From: Nitrospinia bacterium
GTDB lineage: Bacteria > Nitrospinota > Nitrospinia > Nitrospinales > JAJDAT01
Direction: 5' to 3'
NCBI GenBank assembly: GCA_029261715.1
Contig: JAJDAT010000049.1
Coordinates: 296,778-360,777 of the forward strand
Length of the DNA: 64,000 nt
The translations under genes and the position numbers were made by a program. Every line of letters starts with the position of its first letter. Position 1 is the stretch's first letter. The notes under the pieces are model-generated. The model had not been told where the DNA came from, made no database searches, and worked only from the letters and a program-made list of their open reading frames with translations. Below are positions 11,762 to 19,819 of the stretch, piece after piece.

Positions 11762-12564
11762 GCGATCAAAATAATTTAGAAGAGCAAGAGAAAGAAAATA
11801 AGGACCTTGTGGAAGATGAAGATCTTGAGCTTGAAGAAAATGAACTTCTAGAAGATGAGGAGCCAGATTTACAGGAAGAGCTTGATGATGAGGAAGTTGA
11901 ATTTGACGTAGAAGCTCAAATTGAGCTTTTTAGGCAACAGATTGAAGAAGAGCCTGATAATTGTATTCACCATTATAATTTAGGCGAGGCTCTAGAGGAA
12001 CTGAGGCATTACGATGAAGCTCTAGAAGAATTTCAGATAGCATTGAAATGCGATGAAGATAATTCCTTTGGAGGAGTGATTCATTTTGGGTTAGGTAATT
12101 TATATTACAATCAACTCTTGAGCGGAGCCTCTTCAAGCGTAATTAAAAGCTCTATTGGTTTGATGAATGAGCATAAGGATAAAGATTCAATAACAGAGGT
12201 TCTGGCTGAAGATTATCAAAATCCAATTAGTGAATTTGAACGGGCTTTAGAATGTTTGCCGATGCTTAAAGCGGATGATGACTTAGCGGAATATATTTCA
12301 GAAAATGCTCCCTTATCAATAGCTAATATTTATTATAAGTGGGCATCTGATTTAGTCGATAAGTCGAGACAGATTATCCATTATGGTGATGAGATAAATG
12401 ATATTAAGAGAGCTTTAAAGCACTTAAAGAAAGTTTTAGAAATTGATCCAAACAATTCTCCTGCCGCCCTCTTGGAAAAACTGGGGAAAAAAATGCTGGC
12501 AGAAGGATGGATGATCTATGATGAATACGGTTTTGAAGCAAAAAATATTCAAGGCATAGGTTAA
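11758..12564 (+). CDS. TPR-repeat protein with highly acidic N-terminus
   Basis: HYNLGEAL...ALEEFQIAL and LKKVLEIDPNN TPR motifs; ATGA overlap with the upstream gene. Confidence 0.9.
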   Translation: MSDQNNLEEQEKENKDLVEDEDLELEENELLEDEEPDLQEELDDEEVEFDVEAQIELFRQQIEEEPDNCIHHYNLGEALEELRHYDEALEEFQIALKCDEDNSFGGVIHFGLGNLYYNQLLSGASSSVIKSSIGLMNEHKDKDSITEVLAEDYQNPISEFERALECLPMLKADDDLAEYISENAPLSIANIYYKWASDLVDKSRQIIHYGDEINDIKRALKHLKKVLEIDPNNSPAALLEKLGKKMLAEGWMIYDEYGFEAKNIQGIG

Positions 12565-12598
12565 TCGTTGTTAAAGTAGAAAAGGATTAAAGAGAAAT

Positions 12599-12994
12599 AT
12601 GGCCGATATTTTAGAATTAATTAATGAGCGGTTGAGCAAAGACGGTCAGGTTTTGAATCTAAAAGCCCAATTTATTCGTGAAGTAGGAGCAAGGAAGCTG
12701 GCGGAATGTGAGGAGCTTTCGAATTTACGAGCGTTGGATTTAACTCAAAACGCAATTGGAGACGATGGAGCTAAGGCTATAGCAGAGTCACCTCATTTTT
12801 CCAAAGTTAGGACTTTGAATTTAAAATCGAATGGAATCACTGATATTGGCGCTGAGTACCTTGCGAATTCTAAAACTTTGAAAAGCTTAAAAAGCCTACA
12901 GTTAGTGGTCAATGATATTTCAGAAAAAGGCGAAAAGCTGTTGATTAATTCTAAAAGTTTAACAAGTTTGACTTCCTTGAAGTTTCGAGTTTGA
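12599..12994 (+). CDS. Small RI-like leucine-rich repeat protein
   Basis: LRALDLTQNAIGDDGAKAIA-type 28-residue repeats. Confidence 0.9.
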   Translation: MADILELINERLSKDGQVLNLKAQFIREVGARKLAECEELSNLRALDLTQNAIGDDGAKAIAESPHFSKVRTLNLKSNGITDIGAEYLANSKTLKSLKSLQLVVNDISEKGEKLLINSKSLTSLTSLKFRV

Positions 12995-13088
12995 GTAATT
13001 TTATTTTGAAAAAGCAATAGAATTAATGCCTTGTAACTTGTTGTTTTTTGAGTCCTTATGGTGTGTGCTGAAAATAGTAAAATAGCGC

Positions 13089-13117
13089 TTGACTTATTTT
13101 GCCCATTTTGATACTTT
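13089..13117 (+). promoter_or_regulatory. Sigma70 promoter with extended -10
   Basis: TTGACT (13089-13094), 17 bp spacer, TGnTACTTT ending at 13117. Confidence 0.6.
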
Positions 13118-13245
13118 CGGTCCACAATCAAAGCCCAAAGACCCGGGCATAAAAAACGAATATTAGGGTTCTTAGCCAATTTGAATATTTGTTAGGGATT
13201 ATTTGGAGTTAGTTTAACTTTTCAATTTTTTGAAAGGGGGAGACC

Positions 13246-13737
13246 ATGATGAGAAGGACGACTACCGTGGTTATCACGGCGTTAGCGTTTTTTGCGCTTA
13301 CCTCAATTGCTGCTGCTAATGTTTCAACTTTAAAAGCTGGCGAGACGAGTGTATGTGAAGACGCTTCTTGGATTATCTACAATGTAAGTGAGTCTGATAC
13401 CACCAATGTTCAGTTTGATATTGGACCTCATTCTTATGGTTGGGGTAAATGGTACAAAAGAGACTTAACGCCTGGCGGGTATCAAACCAATGCTATTGCT
13501 GTTAAGACAGATTTTAAAAACAATGGCCCTGGAGTAGTTCAAGTCAACTGCCAACGCCAACGTTTTGATCGCCATGACTGGAAAATTGATGCTGGTTCTG
13601 GTAAAACTTACCAAAGCGACTACCATATGGACCATGTTCGACCTGGTACGTATGTTGAGCCTGGTTTAGGATTGCCTGAAGGTACGGAAAGAGGAATTTT
13701 CTCTAACCAAAACCAAAAGCCAGAGCATCAAAGATAA
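13246..13737 (+). CDS. Secreted/periplasmic hypothetical protein
   Basis: Sec signal peptide ending ...IAAA; GGGGGAG SD; two Cys; own promoter and terminator. Confidence 0.9.
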   Translation: MMRRTTTVVITALAFFALTSIAAANVSTLKAGETSVCEDASWIIYNVSESDTTNVQFDIGPHSYGWGKWYKRDLTPGGYQTNAIAVKTDFKNNGPGVVQVNCQRQRFDRHDWKIDAGSGKTYQSDYHMDHVRPGTYVEPGLGLPEGTERGIFSNQNQKPEHQR

Positions 13738-13754
13738 GCCGTATTTAGTTTTAT

Positions 13755-13792
13755 AAAAGCCGGAGGGGTTTTCCCCTCCGGCTTTTTTTTTT
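13755..13792 (+). terminator. Strong intrinsic terminator
   Basis: AAAAGCCGGAGGGG-TTTT-CCCCTCCGGC followed by T10. Confidence 0.95.
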
Positions 13793-14129
13793 GGCTTTAA
13801 TAAAAGTGTAAAAAAAAATACTAAAAGGTTCTCTTAAAACTGTTATGCCTGTCGGTTAAAAAGCTTAGCTTTATTTTGACGAATAAAGATATGCTGGCAA
13901 AAGTAGAGCAATGGGTAGAGCGTTTTTAATGGAATCTGTTCAAGATTGGTTATATTGAAGAAGGCTGTTTTTTTGCAAGCTTGTGCGTTTGACAAGAGAC
14001 TAAGGTTGAAAATTTATTTGATTTTTTAGTAAGAGAAAAATAGGATTATACTAATAGAAGAAATTGGTTTTAAATATTTGAGAGTATATTATTTCCAGCG
14101 AAACAGTAGACTTTTGAATGGTTTTTGCC

Positions 14130-14158
14130 TTGAAAATTGCGTTCGCTGATGGTACTTT
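14130..14158 (+). promoter_or_regulatory. Sigma70 promoter upstream of the DUF1566 array
   Basis: TTGAAA (14130-14135), 17 bp spacer, TGnTACTTT ending at 14158. Confidence 0.55.
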
Positions 14159-14335
14159 ATCAAGATTCGATTTTAATTTTGGTTGAATCTTTCTAGGGAA
14201 GCACTCTAATTATTGGCATATGTTGTCTTGGGAAGTTTGGCTCTTTATAGTAGGAGCCGAAATACTTTTTATTTCCGGGAAAACCGTCGATAGGGGTGTT
14301 TTTTTTATTTCAAGCTGATTGGTTTGGTTTTAATT

Positions 14336-14773
14336 ATGACTCAAGTGTCAAATTTTAAAGATAATGATGATGGTACTGTGACCGATCTTGAAGAAGATCT
14401 CTGTTGGTGCAAAAAAGATTCTAGAGCAGAGCTTGAAAAATGGCTTAACTGGGATGAATCCATGGAATATGTCCGCGTATGTAACGACCAAAAATACTTG
14501 GGCTTTGGAGATTGGAGAATACCGACCAAAAGTGAACTGCGGGCTTTGCTAAAAAATAAGAAAGACTATCGGCAAATATTTTTGAATGAACCTCCTAAAG
14601 CAAATCGTAAAGTATCCGATTATAAATCGGGAGGAGAACAGAGTCTTTGGAGTTCCGAGACTAGATATGGGTCGTATGCATGGAAATCGTATTTTCCTTC
14701 TGGTAAAGAGGTATGTGTTGATCAAAGCGTAGCGACAACCGGCACTTCAGTGCGTCTAGTTCGAGATATTTAA
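14336..14773 (+). CDS. DUF1566 domain protein
   Basis: FKDNDDGTVTD..LCW..GDWRIPTKSEL; ATG at 14336 preferred over TTG at 14324. Confidence 0.9.
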   Translation: MTQVSNFKDNDDGTVTDLEEDLCWCKKDSRAELEKWLNWDESMEYVRVCNDQKYLGFGDWRIPTKSELRALLKNKKDYRQIFLNEPPKANRKVSDYKSGGEQSLWSSETRYGSYAWKSYFPSGKEVCVDQSVATTGTSVRLVRDI

Positions 14774-14843
14774 TAGCTGATTTATAATTTTTTATTTATA
14801 AAATTAATAACTGCACCAGTTTTATAATATATAGGTGGTTTTT

Positions 14844-15479
14844 ATGGGCGATGAAAATCTAACAGATCAAGGGGAAGATGAACTTGATAAAACCGACCAA
14901 ACTGTGGAAGATTCCGTAGAAGACGAAGACCATGTAGTCGACGAGTGGGAGGGAGACGAAGGTTGGGGGGAAGAGGATGAAGAAGAAGACGATCTAATAG
15001 CTCCAGACCTCCCTAGTTATGTAGATAACGGAAATGAAACTATCAGCGACGCGCGTAACAATGTTATGTGGGCTAAATCAGATTCTTTTGAAGAATTTAA
15101 GTACGGTATTAATTGGTATGAAGCTCATGATTACTGCGAAAGCTTAAATGAAAAAAAGTTTGCAGGGTTTGATGATTGGAGGTTGCCGGGATTTGATGAA
15201 GCTAAAACTTTATTTTCCTTTGATAAATCGAACTACGATAAAGATGACGCTGAAATTCATATTGATCCGCTGTTTGAGTCCAACGGTGGGCATAATACTT
15301 GGACTTATGAAGAAAAGCCGGATTATCATCAATACGCCATGAAGTTCAGTTATATTACTGGAAATGAAATGTGGGAAAACAAAGATAATGAATACTCCCA
15401 TGTAAGGGCTGTTCGAGACGAGATAAAAGACGATTGGGAACCTGAATGGAGAAAAGATTCCAAGAAGTTCGCTGGGTAG
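14844..15479 (+). CDS. DUF1566 domain protein with acidic N-terminal tail
   Basis: YVDNGNETISD..VMW..DDWRLP; AGGTGG SD before ATG at 14844. Confidence 0.9.
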   Translation: MGDENLTDQGEDELDKTDQTVEDSVEDEDHVVDEWEGDEGWGEEDEEEDDLIAPDLPSYVDNGNETISDARNNVMWAKSDSFEEFKYGINWYEAHDYCESLNEKKFAGFDDWRLPGFDEAKTLFSFDKSNYDKDDAEIHIDPLFESNGGHNTWTYEEKPDYHQYAMKFSYITGNEMWENKDNEYSHVRAVRDEIKDDWEPEWRKDSKKFAG

Positions 15480-15561
15480 TTTCATATATTGTGTGAAGCA
15501 TTAAACAATAAGTTTTTACTGATTCTTTATATTGATAAATAATTTTTTCGGAATATAGCGT

Positions 15562-15780
15562 ATGAGTAATTATATGATTTTTGGGAAAAGAGATTGTCCG
15601 CATACTCAGAAAGCGCTGGCCGATTATAAAAAAGATTTAAAATCTTTTATTTTTATCGACGTTGATAATAATCCACGTGGTTTAGAACAATTATTAGAAT
15701 ATTCTAATGGAAAGCATATTGTTCCTGTGATTGTTAACGTTGACGAAGGAAACGTAGAGATTGGCTATACTGGCGATTAA
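15562..15780 (+). CDS. Small glutaredoxin-like protein (CPHT), Uxx-star-like Cys form
   Basis: IFGKRDCPHT...VPVIV...VEIGY thioredoxin-fold signature. Confidence 0.8.
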   Translation: MSNYMIFGKRDCPHTQKALADYKKDLKSFIFIDVDNNPRGLEQLLEYSNGKHIVPVIVNVDEGNVEIGYTGD

Positions 15781-15881
15781 ATTTTTTTCAATTTTTCTAC
15801 CAATATCGGAAGTTATGAAAAAAGATCTGACATTGGGTCTAAGGTTTTTTTAGACTTTAAAAGTGGGGGGTAATTAGTTGC

Positions 15882-16385
15882 ATGAGCGATTTACCAGAAG
15901 TAAAAAAAACCGATGAACAAATTGAAAAAGTTGAAGACGAAGGTCCTAAACGTTTTATTTCAAAAGGTCCATTTGTTGTTTACGATACGGAAACGGGTAT
16001 TTCTTGGATGAAAAAAGATTCCTGGCAAGATAAAGGAAAATTTTTTAATTGGCATGAATCTAGAGATTATGCGGACGCAAAAAATATTCGGAAAATTGGT
16101 AAATTTGAGGATTGGCGATTACCTTTGCCGGATGAAGCGCAGACATTATTTGTTAAAGAAAAAGAAATTGTTGGAAAAGGAGGAGTCGCCCTTTACTTAG
16201 ATCCTGTTTTTCCAGAAGGCGCTTTTAAGACTTGTTGGGTTGCTGGTGATACTTCGACTAAAAGACCTCGTTTTGATTTTTCAGAAGGAAAGATGCTAAC
16301 AGTCGAAGAATATAGTTTTGGAAGTGTGCGGTTATGTCGAAAAGATGGTGTTGGTAAAGCGAGACGTTCTTTGCAGCGTAAGTAG
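15882..16385 (+). CDS. DUF1566 domain protein
   Basis: VYDTETGISW..DSW..EDWRLP..VRLCR. Confidence 0.9.
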   Translation: MSDLPEVKKTDEQIEKVEDEGPKRFISKGPFVVYDTETGISWMKKDSWQDKGKFFNWHESRDYADAKNIRKIGKFEDWRLPLPDEAQTLFVKEKEIVGKGGVALYLDPVFPEGAFKTCWVAGDTSTKRPRFDFSEGKMLTVEEYSFGSVRLCRKDGVGKARRSLQRK

Positions 16386-16411
16386 TAAAAACTTAAAGAT
16401 TATATTGAATT

Positions 16412-16855
16412 ATGAGTTCTGACGATTCAACTGAGCAACGATTTATTGATTGCGACGAAGACACGGTTTTTGATATTAAGACCCGGTTAATGTGGTTTAA
16501 AAAAGACACTTGGCAATTAAGTGGCAAATGGTTGAGCTGGGTTCAATGTCGAGAGTTGGCAGAAGATCAAAACAAAAAAAGAACTTTAGGTTTTTCAAAT
16601 TGGAGAATTCCAACTACTGCAGAGGCAAAAAGTATTTACGAGAAAAGCCAATCCAATAAAGATCATATGGGGCAAACCGCTTGGTTACATAAGGTGTTTA
16701 ATCCCGGTTTCGGTTTTATGTGCTGGACGAGCGATGTAAGAAATAAGATTCAAGCTGTTAGGTTTAGCTATAGGAAAGGCGGAACTATGTACGATGACGT
16801 TTATAGAACGTCTCGAGGTTCGACTCGTTTCGTAAGAAATTTAAAAGACGATTGA
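16412..16855 (+). CDS. DUF1566 domain protein
   Basis: RFID..TVFD.KT.LMW..SNWRIPT.AEA..RFVR. Confidence 0.9.
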   Translation: MSSDDSTEQRFIDCDEDTVFDIKTRLMWFKKDTWQLSGKWLSWVQCRELAEDQNKKRTLGFSNWRIPTTAEAKSIYEKSQSNKDHMGQTAWLHKVFNPGFGFMCWTSDVRNKIQAVRFSYRKGGTMYDDVYRTSRGSTRFVRNLKDD

Positions 16856-16868
16856 AAAAGAGGATAGT

Positions 16869-17777
16869 TTGGAAATAACACAGAAAAATAGATTTGTAGA
16901 TAATGGCGACGGTACTGTAACGGATGTTGACTCTGCCTTAATGTGGGCTAAAGGTGATTCCTGGTTAGAATTGGAAAGATATATTACCTGGGTAGAAGGT
17001 CAAGACTTTGTTGTGGCAAAGAATAAAGAAAAGTTTGCAGGGTATTCAGATTGGCGCGTTCCAAATGCTAAAGAAGCTAAAACACTTTATGTCTATGAAT
17101 CAATAAACACCGACAAAGATGGATGCGAAGTTCATATTGATAAATCGTTTTCTTCAGGTTGTGGATACACTACCTGGACTAGCGAGACACGGGCTGCGAA
17201 GCAGGCGATGGGTTTTGATTTTCGCGACGATTATGAGTATTGGCTAGATAAAGATCACGACTCTTCATCGAGTAATGTTCGGCTGGTACGAAGCGTCGGA
17301 GCAGAAAACTCGATGATTATTACCATTGATGACGGACAGGGCGGTGTTGAAGAAGTTAGCCGTTTTGTTGATAATCGAGATGGCACTATTAGCGATCTAC
17401 AAACAAACCTTATGTGGTCAAGACTTGACTCTTTATTAGAACTAGATAAATGGGTTAGTTGGGATGAAGCAAAAGTTTATGTTAAGGAATTGTGTAGAAA
17501 TAAATTTGCTAAATTTGACGATTGGAGAATGCCAACGAAGAAGGAAGCTTTAAGCATTTATTGCCCAGGTCATGCAACTACTGATGTTTATGGAGATACT
17601 GTCTATGTACCTCAGGTGTTTCCAGCTGGTTGTGGTGTTACTACTTGGACAAGGACGCTAAATAAAAGCGACGAACGCTTGGCTATGCGTGTATTTTACT
17701 ATAATGGCGATTTTAAATGGTATAAACGGGGACTCCGAAGTCATGGAATCAGACCTGTTCGACCTATAAAAGGATAA
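16869..17777 (+). CDS. Tandem two-domain DUF1566 protein
   Basis: Two copies of RFVDN.DGT..D...LMW...DWR.P; AGAGGA SD before TTG. Confidence 0.92.
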   Translation: MEITQKNRFVDNGDGTVTDVDSALMWAKGDSWLELERYITWVEGQDFVVAKNKEKFAGYSDWRVPNAKEAKTLYVYESINTDKDGCEVHIDKSFSSGCGYTTWTSETRAAKQAMGFDFRDDYEYWLDKDHDSSSSNVRLVRSVGAENSMIITIDDGQGGVEEVSRFVDNRDGTISDLQTNLMWSRLDSLLELDKWVSWDEAKVYVKELCRNKFAKFDDWRMPTKKEALSIYCPGHATTDVYGDTVYVPQVFPAGCGVTTWTRTLNKSDERLAMRVFYYNGDFKWYKRGLRSHGIRPVRPIKG

Positions 17778-17790
17778 ATTCTTTAGACTC

Positions 17791-18213
17791 ATGGAAAAAA
17801 GATTTTCAGATAACGGAGATGGTACGGTCACAGATCACGAAATGAAGTTGATGTGGAAACAAACTGACGGTTTTCAGGACGATGGCGAGTTTATGAACTG
17901 GTACGACTCGATTAAATATTTGAGAAATCTAAATATTGACGAGTTTGCTGGGTTTAATGATTGGAGACTACCAACTTTAGAAGAAGCTCAAGGTCTTTAT
18001 GACCCTGAAAAACGAATTCGGGATATGGATAGGTTCGAAATTTTTATTGATCCTAGTTTTTCTCCTGGAGGCTCTTATACGTTATGGACTAGCGATGAAA
18101 AGCCTTTTGAAAACGCCGTAGTTTTTTATTATAGATACGGCTACGAGGATCTTGCTCAAAAGTTTGGAGCTTATAATAAATGTAGCGTGAGAGCTATACG
18201 CTCAGTAGAATAA
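17791..18213 (+). CDS. DUF1566 domain protein
   Basis: RFSDNGDGTVTD..LMW..DWRLPTLEE..VRAIR. Confidence 0.92.
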   Translation: MEKRFSDNGDGTVTDHEMKLMWKQTDGFQDDGEFMNWYDSIKYLRNLNIDEFAGFNDWRLPTLEEAQGLYDPEKRIRDMDRFEIFIDPSFSPGGSYTLWTSDEKPFENAVVFYYRYGYEDLAQKFGAYNKCSVRAIRSVE

Positions 18214-18259
18214 TGGTGATTTTTAAAAGATCTGTTAATTTTTAAAAAGGAATTAAACC

Positions 18260-19000
18260 ATCGAATCTTATCGTATTATAAATCAGCAAGAGAGTCAGAA
18301 TTCTGTTCTCACATACAGGTTTGAAGAAGAAGATTTTGAAAATCTCTACGTTTTGGAAGACTATTATCATACTAATCCGTTTTGTGATTATCAAAACACA
18401 TTGATTTCGTTTAGAGATAGCGAAAACCCAGAAAATCGAATTTCGTTTTTACTTGGGTTTAAAAAAACGTACACACTTCCTCCTAACCAGCCTACATTGA
18501 CCAATGTGCAAACGGAAATTGTGAAACGTTTTGTTAAAGAAATACCAGATGAATTAATGGTTTTATTTAAGCAACGCTACTTCGAGGCAAAAGCTTACGG
18601 AGAGAAAAATCCAATGTCCTATTTGGAGTTTGAACCAGGTCGACTTTTTACTTATGTTGAGCTTTTTCCAAAGGCTAATAAGCCAGTAGAGTTTGCTTTA
18701 GATACGGTTAAATATTTAGTCGAAGATTCGTATGATATTGATCCAAATAATAAGAATCGAACGGTTAAGTTAGCGTTTTATAAGTTAGATTTAGAAGAGG
18801 AAAATAAGCCGCCTGTTTTTAGCTATACATATTATTTTAAAGAAGAGCTAAGGGTGGCAGAAGATAATAAAATTCCTGAAGACCAGAGCGCAGTAGTAGT
18901 TGCGTTAAATGCTAGTATTCCAAACTTAAGGAATTTACTGAAAGATCGTTATCGCGACGCTAAGAATATTGGCGAAGAATTATTGCAAAAAAGCGCCTAA
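18260..19000 (+). CDS. Hypothetical protein with internal duplication; probable non-canonical ATC start
   Basis: Frame stays open 31 codons upstream of TTG 18353 to an ATC at 18260, preceded by an AAGGAA SD and an in-frame TAA at 18254. Confidence 0.75.
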   Translation: MESYRIINQQESQNSVLTYRFEEEDFENLYVLEDYYHTNPFCDYQNTLISFRDSENPENRISFLLGFKKTYTLPPNQPTLTNVQTEIVKRFVKEIPDELMVLFKQRYFEAKAYGEKNPMSYLEFEPGRLFTYVELFPKANKPVEFALDTVKYLVEDSYDIDPNNKNRTVKLAFYKLDLEEENKPPVFSYTYYFKEELRVAEDNKIPEDQSAVVVALNASIPNLRNLLKDRYRDAKNIGEELLQKSA

Positions 19001-19069
19001 AAAAATAATTGGTTATTTTTCGATTTCAAAAAAACCGTGTGAGTTAATTCAATCTTTACGAGAACTGCT

Positions 19070-19630
19070 ATGTCGTCAAAAGTTAGAAAAGTTAAGAAAG
19101 TTCAAGCAAGGCACATTTTAGTTGCTGACAAAGAATTGGCTCTTGAACTTAAGAAACGATATGAGGATGGCGAAGATTTTGCGGAGTTAGCGCAACAGAA
19201 TAGCGAGTGTCCTTCAAAAAAACGTGGCGGTGATTTAGGTTGGTTTGGAAAGGGCGCTATGGTTCGTCCTTTTGAAGTGGCCGCTTTTTCTGCGGAAGAA
19301 GGTGCGGTTACCGATCCGGTTAAAACGGAATTTGGTTGGCATTTAATTTATGTTTATGAAGTTAAAGAGGATGCTGACCCAGATGCAGGGCCTCCAACTG
19401 GAGACGAAGATGCAGATGAAAAAACTCTACGATTAGTGGCGGAAAATTATGCCCATGAGTTTATGATGTTAGGGTATTCCAGTAAAAAAGTACTCAGTCT
19501 TTTTACTAGCCAACATTTTAAATCAGCGAATGTTGTTTATAATATTCTTGGTAAAGAAATTATTAACGAAATCATCGCAAAAGTATATGGAGTTAAGTTT
19601 GAAAAAAAGCCGGAGGATTCTAGCGAATAA
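19070..19630 (+). CDS. Parvulin-type peptidyl-prolyl isomerase fused to a C-terminal domain of unknown function
   Basis: ARHILV, S.CPS..RGGDLGWF, PVKTEFGWH; acidic linker and about 70 extra residues. Confidence 0.93.
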   Translation: MSSKVRKVKKVQARHILVADKELALELKKRYEDGEDFAELAQQNSECPSKKRGGDLGWFGKGAMVRPFEVAAFSAEEGAVTDPVKTEFGWHLIYVYEVKEDADPDAGPPTGDEDADEKTLRLVAENYAHEFMMLGYSSKKVLSLFTSQHFKSANVVYNILGKEIINEIIAKVYGVKFEKKPEDSSE

Positions 19631-19819
19631 TTTATTTTCAAACTAGTTGGTATTTATTTAATTTTTTATCTTTCCTTCCAAAATTACATCTGTTTTTCCT
19701 ACCGTCATTTTTCATTAGTCCAAAGAAATATTTTCTAAGTTCTCAAATAAATTGATAAGTTACTAGAAGTATTTTCTAAACCCAAATTTGATGGGTTTAA
19801 AATATTTTGAGTGAATATA

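Noticed and set aside
15562-15800. Selenocysteine read-through in the glutaredoxin-like gene
   Set aside because: The active-site codon is TGT (Cys) and the stop is TAA, not TGA
11099-18213. Diversity-generating retroelement acting on the DUF1566 (or FGE) C-type-lectin-fold genes
   Set aside because: No reverse transcriptase or Avd in the window. I saw no near-identical TR/VR pair with adenine-specific mismatches, and the paralogues differ throughout. A remote DGR cannot be excluded without a genome-wide search.
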